A stretch of 64,000 bases of DNA from Camelus ferus (taxonomy: Eukaryota). The notes below the pieces were generated by a model, which was not told the DNA's origin, made no database searches, and saw only the letters and a list, made by a program, of their open reading frames with translations. The stretch spans positions 27,468,001-27,532,000 of the forward strand of contig NC_045697.1 in NCBI RefSeq assembly GCF_009834535.1, written 5' to 3'. Positions 12,971-24,485 of this stretch are shown piece by piece. Both the position numbers and the translations under genes were made by a program. Positions within the stretch are counted from its first letter, which is position 1; each line of letters starts with the position of its first letter.

Positions 12971-14394
12971 TGCACTGTCCTCAGTTCACTTTTTTTCCTA
13001 GGAAGGGAGAAAATTTGCTCAGTCACAGATCATCTGCAGTTCAAAGAGCAGGAGGCAAACTGAGTTGAAGACTTACGTTGTGTCGGGGAGGTGTGCACAG
13101 TATCCATGCCCAGATAACGTCCTCGCTCCCAGGGGAAGCTGTCCCACACATTTGAGAGCTTTTCAGTGACATGGGTCCTGTGATGCCAGCACTTTTCCCT
13201 CTTCCCCCTTCCTATTTGCCCTTCCACAGGCTGCGTGTGTCACTTCAACTCCAGGCAGCCATCTGGAACCTTCCCTACTAGATAATATCTCCACTTCAAA
13301 TTAAACTGGCCCTTTCCTACTTGTTCGGAGCCCTGGTATCAGGACGGCTGCAGGAAGATTGTGAAATGGCAGTAAGAGGTGACGATTTCCTGGGGCTTTC
13401 AATTACCCCGCCCCCTACCCTTCAAGATAAAGGCTAATCACGGGGGTGTGTGTGTGGGGGGAGAGGGCAATGAAAACAACACAGAATCTGATGAGAAACG
13501 AGGGATGGATCACATGGAACCCATAGAGGCTGGCGGAGACTTCAATTTTCTTACTGTAATGAAAACTGCATTTCCATTAACGGCTGCTGTAGAAATTACT
13601 TACCCAGAGCCATCTGTGATAGCATCACCTGGCGGGTCATGTGCGAGACCGGTTCCGCCAGGGATGGCTGCGGGAGCCGTTACTCACTAGCAGCCTCCAC
13701 ACAGTCCCGTGGATGCTGCCAGTGAGCAAAGGCGGCCCTTTGGTGCGTGTGAGGTAGGCGGCACCAGGGCATAATATCATGGTGATTTTAAAATGTTTCC
13801 TTCTCCCACCCTTTTGCTATGACCTTTCCCTGTTGGATTTGAATTCATGATTTTCTGCATGTGTTCTGCAGGATGCCAAACGTAGGTTAATGATAATATA
13901 TGACAAATGGTGTGATGTTCCAGGTGCCTGCTGTGTGCCCGGCAGTGAAATGAGTGCTTCATATACATTACCCTTCAGAATTTCAGTAATCTCTGTGCCA
14001 GACATTGTCCTCCAGTACCTATTCTTCTCTTCTTCCTTAATTATTTAACCCTTCCTTTTTTTAGACGAGGCATATGACTTCCTGCAATAAGACCACAGAG
14101 CCCAGCTTTTCTTGTAGCTGTGAATGCCCATGTAGTCATTGGGATGTGAACAGAAGTGCTGTGTGCAGTTTTTAGGGAGCAGCTGTAACCAGGAGGGACA
14201 TTCTCCTTGTTGCCTCTTCCTTTCTCTGCAGACTGGAATGTGGACATGATGGCTGGATGTAAACAGCCATGTTAGACCAGGAGGTCAACAATGGCAAAGC
14301 AACAAAAAGGAGCTGCAGTCCCTGATAATTGTGAGAGAAAATTTGGAGTTTTTATGGTCACCTCTTGTCCTACCAGAAACACCCTGCATGAAGG

Positions 14395-14645
14395 TAGTAG
14401 AATGATGTTGTTGGAGAGTGTGGGCTTTGGGGTCAGACACACCTGGTTAAAATCCTGCCTCTTCCACATTTGCCAGCCTCGACTTTAGGCAAGTTACTTA
14501 ACTGCCCTCTGTCTGACTCTTCATCTGTAAAATCAGTGTAAATAAAACCTCAGGGGATTTGGGGACAAATTAAATTACAAAATATGCTTAAAATTTTCAG
14601 CATAGTGCCTGGCACAAGGTAAGTGCATGAAAAATGGTAGATATA
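14395..14645 (+). mobile_element. MIR SINE, followed by an opposite-strand MIR fragment to ~14790
   Basis: GGCTTTGGGGTCAGACACACCTGG..TTAGGCAAGTTACTTAAC..TCATCTGTAAAAT..CATAGTGCCTGGCACA. Confidence 0.8.
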
Positions 14646-16613
14646 GTTATTCTCATAGTATAGATGAGGAAAATCTCATCAGACCTCAGAGAACAAACTT
14701 CAGAGAAGTAACTTCTCCCAAGGCCATGCAGATGAATAATTTAGAGAGTTAAACTCAGAAGCCCCCAGACTTGTAATTTTTCCTGACACTGACCACCATG
14801 GATGCCTAGATGAAAAACAAAGGAAAAAGTTAATTCTTCCTCTACTTGCTCATTGACACATCTAAACACACACACATACACACATATGTGGCTCAGCTCA
14901 TTCTTTGAATGGAAAATTATTATTTCTTACAAACGAATCTGCTGAAATGGGAACATTGATTTATTTGAACTACTATGTGCCAATATTGGAAACTCGGTTC
15001 AAAGTTTCCGACAAGCTGTGCTGTTGTCTGCTGACCCCCAGGGCCACCAGCTGGCGATCAGCGTGTGTCATTATCACACTCTGCATTTCCTTGCACTCCG
15101 AGCTCACCTGTTAACCTGCAGATGAGTTGAACTCAGAGATCCCAGTTCTCAGTGTTGCTAGTCTGTGCCGGTCAATGCTGGCCTTCCTACCCAGGCTTTC
15201 TGTGAGACCGGGGTGGAGGTTTCAATGGGATTGTTTTACAGCAACTGGGGGCTTGTAATGACCAGGGTGAGCCCAGTGGTTTGTACGTCGAGGCTGATGA
15301 TGTAAGGAGGCTGTGAGCGGCATGCAGGCAGGGACCGTGTCAGTCTTGTTCCCTGATGTGTCCTTGCCCAGAAGGGCGTGGTCACTATGCAGTGAATGAA
15401 CTCTGAATGAGAGCCCCAGGGTCACCCTGGAACAAACAGTCAGGGATAAATTAAGCCACTGTATTGATGCCTAGAGGACTTCCCGTTGGGGTCGGGTATG
15501 GGGGGGGTCTAATGTGATGCTCACAGCTTTGCCCCCCAGCCTCCAATCCCACTGTTCTGATAGTGCCCCATCTTCCTCTTAGGCAGCTTCGTACCATGGG
15601 CTGTTTTTTTTGGAAGAGGGGCATTGGTGGAGGAAGTGCTTGCCTCTTAGAAACCAAAGAGACCGGATCCTCTCTCTGGGAACTTCAAAACTGAACTGCG
15701 CGAGGATGGGGGAAGGCTGGAGGCCATTCCCTGCAGGGCCGGGGGCGTGAGACCGCACGGCCCCACTTGGAGCCTGGCAGTGTTTCCCTCAGCTCACTCT
15801 CCCACCCCAGACTCTGATGTCCCACGAGCTCTGATGTGCCCTAGAGTCTCTGAATAATCTCCAGCCCCTTTGTTTCTTTTCAAAGAAAATTGCAAGAGGG
15901 ATTTCACTGCTAATCTTTGTCCTCACTGATAGGCCTAAAGATTATTTGGGAAATTTCCAAAGAGCATTTTAGGAGCAGGAGAGAGAAGTTGTAGAGTCAA
16001 GGCCAGTATTTTTCAGTTTGAAATATGGAAACTGAAGTAATTGGAGAAGGTGATAGTGAATGTTTCTGAAATGATTACTAGGATCAACTATTTGGCAGCG
16101 AAAAAGTCGGAGAGCAGGGAGTTGACGGCTAGATCCGTGGTTACATATGGTGCCAGCACCTAGTTTTACAGTCGCTGATGTGTTTTCCTCATCAGCAAAG
16201 AATGTCTGTTGGCAGGTCTCTCCCCGGCCCTCGCAGACCGGCTGTAGCTGTGCGGCCTCTTCACGGGTCGTGATGAGCCTGGGTCGTCGTCTCAAGTCTG
16301 AAATTGTGGATGTGGCGGTGGCTGTTTCTGCACAGAAAACACTAGAATCCTAGAAAGGGATGGAAAAACTATCAACTGTGATCTTGCACTTTGATCCAAC
16401 TGGATTAAGACAGCGGGTCCTTAGGGTTTTCCACATCCACGAAAGGACTCAGGCCCCCATATTCTACATGAAGAGTGCTCTTTTTCTCTGGAAAAGATGC
16501 ACTTTCATTGTTTAAATCGAATCAGAAAATATTCCTATTGTGTTTTATGATTTTTTTTGTCTTTATGCCATGAAAATGGTCATTCTGAGAATCCAGTTTC
16601 ATATGCCAACTTA

Positions 16614-16703
16614 ATTTTTTAATATTATTTTTATTTATTTATTTTGAACCCAGGACCTCATGCATGCTCAGCATGTGCTCTACCATTGAGCTATACCCTC
16701 CCA
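16614..16703 (-). mobile_element. tRNA-Ala-derived SINE (camelid Vic-1-like), internally deleted
   Basis: Reverse complement reads GGGAGGGTATAGCTCAATGGTAGAGCACATGCTGAGCATGCATGAGGTCCTGGGTTCAAAATAAATAAA..; pol III A and B boxes followed by an A-rich tail. Confidence 0.85.
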
Positions 16704-17559
16704 CCTCATGCTGACTTTAATAGCATAATTTCCATTGGAGTGATTGGCACCCTTCTTCCTCATTTTTGTTGAACCTACTGAAAAAAAAAAGACAAAGGAG
16801 AAAGGCAGGTGGAGACCAAAATATCATCTCTCCGACTGATAAGACTGATGTGAACGTGGGATACGTCTGTGGGCAAGTGGACTTCCTCATCCTGAGGCCA
16901 CGTACTGGCAGGACTGCCCATCTGGCCAGCGCAGGGTAGGACCACCGTGAGCCTCCACACAGGGCAGGGGTGGAGTCAGGCTTTACTGCTCTGCTTCCCA
17001 TGGGTGTGAAAGCCATCTAGAGCATGTCTTCTCTGCTATTTCCTAAAACGAAGAGGAGACAGGAAGGGGCCAGGCTGTGCATGTCCAGTTTCTCCTCACA
17101 GACTCACTAATCAGGGCAGTCCCTCCACCGTCCTGTCCTGGGGAGGGCTGGGTGGGGGCTGCAGGAAGACCGCTGTGCTGATGGGGCCACGCCACACGGA
17201 AGGGAGCACCGTTGTGGGAAGGCATTCCTTCCCTCCAAAGTCTTCAGTGCCGACGTCTATTACAGCAGGCAGCTTCTACTCATCAGCTTTGGTTTCTATT
17301 CCTCTCCCCTCCTCACTGCCCCTTGAGCGCTCTAATTTGAGCAAGAGAGAAAAACTGCACAGTAGAAAGAGCGCTGGACCGGGTGTCAGGAGACCTGGGT
17401 CCTGGCTGGGGCTGCACATCAGAGCTGGGTGCATCGGCACATCAGCTCTCTGGGTCTTGTTTTCCTGTAGTCTTTGTCTGCAGTCTGAGGGTGTGGGTAA
17501 GCTCCTCCCTAAGCAAGTCCTAAGGTCTGGGTCCCATGCCTCTCCTTCTGGGACCCTTG

Positions 17560-18335
17560 CCTCTCCTGAATAGGCAACTTCTTTTTTCTCAGCTTGGTCC
17601 CTTCTGTAGGCTTTTAGCCATCGGTGGGTCTTTCCCACTTAAACACAATATCCTCACTTATCTTACCCTCTCCAGCAATTTCCGTATCTCTGAATATGTA
17701 TCTCTGTAGAAAAACTTCTTTAAGATGTTGTTAGAATGTACCACCTCCTCTCATCCACCCTTCAGAGCAGCCTGGCTTCCGGCTTCTGGCCGTAGGATGC
17801 CCCCACGTGACTCTAAGTGGCCAATGACCTTCATGCAGCTCAGTCCAGTGGACACGTTTGTTCTTGCTACACTTGATTTCTCAGCATTAATTGATACTGC
17901 TGACCATTCCCTGCTTTTCAGAAAACTCATTTCCCTTCATTTCCCTGACACAACACTTGCTTACTGCCTCTAAAGGCATGTTTTCTTCTAGTCAGCTATG
18001 TCCTGGAGTTCTGCAATCCCTTGGTCCTCTTTAGTTATCGCTGTATTCTTCCTCAGTGAAAGAGTGATTAGACGATTTATGTATTCAGTCAACACATTTT
18101 TATGAGCACCTCTTATGTGGTAAGCACTCTCCTAGGCAGGGAGAAGTCTACCATGGGAAAACCCCCAAATTCCCTGCTCTGACTGGGCTTACAATCTAGT
18201 GGGGCAAGAGATTCAATAAATAAATAAGCAAATAAATATGTATCAACTGTAATAAGTTCTATGAAAAAATAAATGAGGGTGAGGGAATAAGTGTGCATGT
18301 GGAGGGAGTGAAGCTGTAGTTTACATAGAAGGATC
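17560..18335. mobile_element. Two L2 fragments (+ ~17560-18050; - ~18070-18335)
   Basis: CTTGATTTCTCAGCA..GATACTGCTGACCATTCCCTGCTT is L2 ORF2-like; ATTCAGTCAACACATTTTTATGAGCACCT is a reverse L2 tail. Confidence 0.6.
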
Positions 18336-18359
18336 AGACTCTTGAAAGAAATGAGCGAA

Positions 18360-18795
18360 GAATTTTGGTATTGGAGTAGTTAACACTGGCATCAGAGAAT
18401 TAATGAGTTAGAGAGTGTATCCTCCTCTTCTATCTTTCGGAAGAGTTTGAGAAAGATTGGTGTTCGTTTTTCTTTACGTGTTTAATAGAATTCACCCGTG
18501 AAGATATCCAGTTCCGGACGTTTTATGTTGGGAGTGTTCTGACTCAGTCTCCTTACGTGCTGTAGGTCTGTGTGGTTTTCGATTTCTTCTTGAGTCAGTT
18601 TAAGCAACTGGTGTGCTGTGTTTCTGAGAACTTGCTGTCCCGTCTAGGTTATCTGACTTGGTGGTGTGAGGTTGTTCACAGTATTCTCTTCTAATCCTTT
18701 TCATTTCTTTAAGGTTGGTTGTAATAATTTCACTTTCGTTTCATTTCATGTCAGTTTTTTCTTTGTCAGTCTAGCTAAAGGCTTGTCTGTTTTTG
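18360..18795 (-). mobile_element. Old L1 ORF2 internal fragment
   Basis: GGAAGAGTTTGAGAAAGATTGGTG..TAGAATTCACCCGTGAAG..GTCAGTCTAGCTAAAGG is homologous to the young L1 at ~62540-62960 in this window. Confidence 0.8.
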
Positions 18796-18859
18796 ACACG
18801 AGTGACGGAGCCATGGAGTCCCTAGTGGCAGAACCTTCCAGGCAGGATGGCAAATAGCA

Positions 18860-19080
18860 CCAGCTAACACTTACTGAGAACTTCCCATGCACCAGGCATT
18901 TATTTCAAGTGTTTTACCCAGATGGTATGTGTAGCAATTATTATTATTATTTGTATTATTATTCTTACTTTTCAGGCTCTCACCAGGGCACAGAGAGGTG
19001 AATGATCTTGCCCCCAATCCCTTGGCTGGTGGGGGCAGAGCCATTACTAAAGTCAACAGCCTGACTTCAGGGCCTGTCTT
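18860..19080 (-). mobile_element. MIR SINE with (TTA)n expansion
   Basis: AGCTAACACTTACTGAG..CCAGGCA..GGCACAGAGAGGTGAATGATCTTGCCC. Confidence 0.7.
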
Positions 19081-20160
19081 CACTTCTGCAATTTTACCTT
19101 TCATGGTCTGGGAGTTCAGTGAAAAGAATTATTATTGTAACTAATATTAAACCAAAGACAACAAAACAGAACCTCATCTTATAGCCTTCAGTATAGCATT
19201 TTTTCTTTTTTAGAAATCCACAAGAAATGTGTCATTTCCAGCTTGGAATTAGAAATGATACCATGATTTTACACCTAATTTTATTCCCCAGCTGGTTCCA
19301 GGATATTTATAACCTGGGTTGGACCATCTCTGCTACATTTTGGTTTCCTTAAAAATCTTCAGCTATTTTCCAGTATATGTCATTTTATAAAATGTATATT
19401 TTCCAAGTATTTTCCTTCCTGGGGAAACAAAAGCCTGTTTTAATAGTACGCAATCCACATGCTTCTGATTCTCTTGTACTCAAATCTCAAACATATTCCT
19501 TGATAAGAGCTGTTTTATTCCTCTTCAAACTCTCTTGACTAAGGATTTCTTAACATTTCCTTCCTCTAGAACACTGAGTGGTATTTTGCTAAGGGAAGGA
19601 ATACCCTGATATCACCATCACTGGACTGGTTTAAAACTAGAAGCCAGCATTTCTGAAAGGGCCTTGGAAAAATATGGGATGATTCAGAACCTCTAGGCAG
19701 CTAATGGTATAGGTCAAGGATGCTGATGGCTCCAAAGACACAGAAGAGTTTTTAACTGGCCATTCCTACACACCCCATGGAGGAGCTGTAAGTCTTTTCC
19801 CCTTGCATAGGGAAAAAAAAAAGAAAAAAGGTGAGTGGGAGAGAAATTTCTCTTGTCAGCTTGAGCTTTAAAAAGAAGAAGGAAGTACGGGGTGACTGGA
19901 TGTTTTTAAGCTCAGGCATATGTTAGAGGGGGAGGAAATAAGACTGAGTGAGAAGCAAAGTGCTGACTCTGAGGATCCTGCCTGGCCTCCGAATGACCCA
20001 GGAATCTCACCAGTTCCTGTAACAAATGCCACAAAATATGCCTTATGCCAAGAGCAAGTTTTGTCAAGGAATCACTGGCATTGAGTGAAGTTAGCAGAAT
20101 TAGGAGTGATGCCAACCAGGGCTCCTCTGTAAGATGAGAACTCAATTTCCCTTTATCTGC

Positions 20161-20222
20161 CCATCTATCCACCTCCCCATCCACCCATCCACCCATCCAC
20201 CCGCCCATCCATCCTTCCATCC
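20161..20222. repeat. Degenerate (CCAT/CCAC)n simple repeat
   Basis: CCATCCACCCATCCACCCATCCACCC seen directly. Confidence 0.75.
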
Positions 20223-21119
20223 AAGCTAGAAAAGCTAAGGAAGGCAGGCAGGAAGGATAGAGGGAAATGGACATAAAAAGTTACGGATTACTTGCTGTGC
20301 CAATAATGACAAACGGGCTTTATCTCAGGACAATGCTGATTGATTGGTAGTGGCGAGGCCTGGAATGCTGTTAAGAAGGATTCTGAGGTCCAGTCTGCCT
20401 TCTATAGCAAAGAGTGTTGGGTTAGGTTCAGAGATATCCGGTTTGGTCACGATTGTGATGAGTGTCAGTGGTCACACACATCCTCAGAATCACCACATGG
20501 TGCCACGCTCCCTGTACAGGGCTGGTTGGATGGAGGAGACAAAGGAAGGGTTAGCTTGACACCCACACCCCAACCCCGAGCCACTATTTCTCATCTGCAA
20601 AACAGAATAAAAACTCCTGCCTTGCAGGATGTTAGTGAAGATTAAGCGGGACATAAAGGGCCTGGCTTGTAGTAACACTTCCTAAATGGTTTCTCTTTTG
20701 ATAAAAACGCCCTTGGCTTTACATTGGATAATGGCTTTCTAGACTACTCCCAGATATAAATTTGGGATAGTTCTCTCTTTTCCTATGTGGGCTCTTGTGT
20801 TCTTCAGAGAAGTGACCAGTAATTCTGAGAAGTGGACAAGAGAAGATCCAATGGCTGCTCCTCAAACAATGACTCAAAACCCTGAGTCTTTTCTGGGTTT
20901 ATTTACATTAAAAAAAAAAATCCTTTGCCTCATTGAGAAGAGCTCCTGGGAAGTGGGGGGCTGCGAGGGGTGGGGGCTGCTGTGGCTTTCTGAGGAAACC
21001 CTGCAGGCGAGGCTCTGCCTCCAGAATGAACCAGAACTCAAGGAGAAGCCCCATTCAGCAGGCCACGGAAGTCCTCTTTGTTGTTTGAAAATTTCCTCTC
21101 GCTTGTGGCAAGTCTAACG

Positions 21120-21480
21120 ATTCAGGAATGATCACAGACGTGTTCGGGCCTGAGGTTTTCCTCGGAGGCTCCCCCACTTCAGAGCAGGAACCGAACCAGC
21201 TGGCGAGGCCGCCCTCCTCCCAGCTCCCTTTTTCTAGTTTCTGCAATGTGTTTGGGACCCGCAGAGCATGGAGCGGTTGTCCGGCCGGAGATTTTATCAG
21301 ACTTCTTAGGAATCGAATTCCGGCGGGAGGAAGCAGAGGAATGTTTAAGTTCATGGACAAATGCATTTTGGGGCATGCATCAGCTCTCTCTAACCTGCTG
21401 TTGAAGTAGGTTCGAAAGAATCAAACGTTTTTCATTTTGGTCCTCACGACGGTAAAGTCGGAGAATCACCGATAAGATTC
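21120..21480. promoter_or_regulatory. CpG-rich unique segment, candidate regulatory element
   Basis: About 19 CpGs by hand count in ~335 bp, with no repeat similarity I recognise. Contains GGAATG (TEAD-like) and GGAAG (ETS-like) cores. Confidence 0.35.
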
Positions 21481-22422
21481 AGGATTTCCAGACCTGGCCA
21501 GGGGGCAGTGAACACTTCTCGCCTCTGAATTGCCCCATGAGTGTGTCCCTCCTCTGTGCTCTGAGCCAGGGAGCAGCAAAAGGAAGGAAAAGCAGGGCAA
21601 GGGGGCACACGCTGTAGCAAGGACTGCTGGGGGCCGGGACGGTGACCTCAGCGCACAGCTGCGGGTGGCTTGCAGCTGGCCTGGGCGGGGCTCTGGGGGG
21701 AGTCCCTGCTCGGCTCAGCTCGGCTCTCTGACGTGCTAGTGTCTATCCAAGCCTCACTCCTCATTTAGGAAATGCAGGCGTGTTGGGGGAGTGTTGTTCA
21801 TTCGTTTACGGATCTATTTATTCATCCGCCTAACCCTGTTTTTGGACACACTGACTCTATGCCAGGTGCTGGGGCTATGGAAACAAATAGGACTGGGTTC
21901 CCGCCCTCCCTGGCTCCCAGGCTGGTGGGCAAGATAGGTCAATATGCAAATCAACCTAGAAAAGTTATCTGCGGGGCAATGGGAGTGTGTAAAGTTCCTA
22001 GCTCCACCCCCCCACCCCCACGGAAATGTTGAGAAATCTGATCTCGAAGGATGGGTAAAGGATGCCAAGGGGGTGGAAGGCTGTTCCAGAGGAAAGTCTG
22101 GGGTTTGCGAAAGAGAACAATGGCCTGAGATCAATGGCAAGGTTGAAAGAGATTCTCAGCAGGGAGTGAAAATTAAGGAAGGCAGCGTGGACCGACTACC
22201 CAGTTCGCATCCTCCAGCTGAGATTGCAGTTGAGCAAGAGGGAGGAAGTTTTCCTCTGAACTTTGAGAAACACTTGCATCTTTGTATCAGGCCCACCCAA
22301 GACTGTTTATAGACCACAGATCAGGCGGCTGATAACTTGTTTTACCAGGGCAGATGGGGAAGGCACTTCTTGTTGCTATTTCTTGCATCCACCCTAAAGC
22401 CTGAAGGTTTTATGAAGACTGC

Positions 22423-22585
22423 TGAGATTCTTACTCTTCAAGGGGGTCAAGGCTCCTTGGAGAATGGAAGGAGCGTGATAAACCATCTCCCCAGCAAATG
22501 TACATAATTTTGCATCAAATTTCAGGGGTTTCCAGAACCAGCTCCCCTTACAAGTCCACCCTTACACTGCAGGTCAAGAACTCCC
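22423..22585 (-). mobile_element. MER103-like hAT-Charlie fossil
   Basis: TCTCCCCAGCAAATGTACATAATTTTGCATCAAATTTCAGGGG..CAGGTCAAGAACTCC resembles the reverse of the recalled MER103C consensus. Confidence 0.55.
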
Positions 22586-23169
22586 CACCTGGCCTCAAGC
22601 TGTGGTTCAGGAGACTGGAACGACCCAGTGTAGACACAGAGCTGCATGGTGACCAGTCCTGATAGGGGAATTTGGCTTGGAGACTCTTGAGTGTAGCTTC
22701 TCTATAGCCAGGGCTTTGAAAGGAGATGGAATCCTTTTGCAGAAGGCTTTAGCAGGGCTGATCCTGGGGTGAGGCAAATGAGGCCTTGGCAGTGGGCGTC
22801 GAATGTAAGAGGGTGCCAAAACCTCAGTAATAAAGATAATGCAGGTTTAAAAAGTCAAAATAAATGCAAAAGTCCATGATGAATGAAATCTTACAATTTT
22901 CAGTAAAGTCGGGATGCAATCCTATACTTGCGTGGCCCCGCCCCAGTTGCCTCACCCTCATCTCAGTCCTAGGATTTGGAGCCAAGAAATGCATGCACAG
23001 AGTCTCCAACTTGTATTTGAGCATAGACTTTGAGTTTCTGTAAGTTTGGGCCTGGACATTGCTGAGTTATTTCTCAGAGCTGTCCAGGAACGTGCCGGGG
23101 TAGCACGAACACTGCTCCATCTCTCTTTCAGCCACCCTGCTGCCCCCCTTGGCCCAAGGAGTACATGTT

Positions 23170-23203
23170 GGCAGTGACCCAAATGGTCCACCAGGTGGCA
23201 CTC
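23170..23203 (+). promoter_or_regulatory. CTCF binding motif with upstream (ZF9-11) module
   Basis: GGCAGTGACCCAAATGGTCCACCAGGTGGCACTC: the core CCACCAGGTGGCAC fits CCASYAGRKGGCRS at every position, and a GCAGT module precedes it at the usual spacing. Confidence 0.7.
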
Positions 23204-23539
23204 TTGCTCCAACCAGGTCCCCCTGAAAAGGGGCATCTTAGCCAAACCAAAGAGATTTAAACTCGTTGCTGAATTGTTGCCAGTTGTTTTTATTGAAAGG
23301 CTAGAAAGAATCCTGAGCAGGGATTGGCGTGAGCAGAGATGCGGTATGCAGAGGACTGGAGGAATAGTCTGGAGAGCCGGGAGCAAGGGGGAGCCTGATT
23401 AGGAACAATAGGCTGTGCTGCTTGTTAGCAGGTGAGAAAAATGAGAATTCTACGCCCCCCCCCTTTGTTCTCAGATGCAATATAAACACACGTGACAGGG
23501 GAGAGAGAGGTGGGATTAATGGTTTTCTGTGAGGCACAG

Positions 23540-23760
23540 CTTGGTGGGAAGAGCTCCCTCACTTGCCAGCAATGTTGGCTCCATCACTTACTGTCTGTGA
23601 CCTTGGACGAGTGGCTGGACTTTGCAAGCCTGAGATTCTTCATCTTTAATTGGGGATAATTGCAGCCGCTCCCCTCCCCAACCCCCCCAAGATTAAAGAA
23701 ACTGATGGCCATGAGGCTGTTTGCATGGTGCCCGGCACCAAGTACTTGTTCAGGCAACAC
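23540..23760 (+). mobile_element. MIR SINE
   Basis: GGCTCCATCACTTACTGTCTGTGACCTTGGAC..TTCTTCATCTTTAATTGGGGATAAT..ATGGTGCCCGGCAC. Confidence 0.7.
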
Positions 23761-24214
23761 AGGACAGCTGCTCTGAAGGACTTTCAGGCAAAGGCTGAGC
23801 AGCTAGATTTCGGGCCTCTCTTGGTCATTATATTAATTAAGGAGATGACCTCAGAGTGACCCAGAGAAATAGCTTGATAATGAACCATGGCTTCAGCAGA
23901 ATATGCCAGAAGAATTTCCCACCTGGATCGAGTTTCACAGGTGTGATTTTTGAACCAGGAAATCAGGTTGGTTCCCCAGCAGAACTGTCTCACCTGCAGA
24001 ACTCGGGAAGCATCTGACCAGCAGTGACTGGCCCGGCTTCAGCTGTGCATTGTTGTGGAAAGTATCCATTTACATGTAGGTGTATCTGAGCCTTCCCCTG
24101 AAACCAGTCTGTCTCTGTGCAGTTCTGAAACCCTGAACTCACAAAGTTGCCCGCAAATTAAGTCTTCTCCAATAAAAATGAGATTGGCAATGGTTCCTGT
24201 TTTGAAGCTTACTT

Positions 24215-24485
24215 TATGGCGGTTACTTTAATAAGCACTTCACATACAATCATTCATTTATGCCTTGACACCATCGGGAGAGGTAATGAAACCCATTTTA
24301 CAGACAAGTAAATTTGGGTTTAGGGAAACCTAGTGCTGGCTCCTTTAGCCAGTAGTTAGTATAAACTTTGATCTGTCTGACTTCTAAATCCATCTATCTG
24401 TCTGTCTATCTATCTGGCTAGCTTATCTATCCACCCAGCAATCAATTATCCCTCTCTCTCTATCATCTATCTGTCTATCATCTAT
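24215..24485 (-). mobile_element. MIR SINE followed by a (TCTA)n simple repeat
   Basis: CCCATTTTACAGACAAGTAAA..GTCTGACTTCTAAATCCA, then TCTATCTGTCTGTCTATCTATC. Confidence 0.65.
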
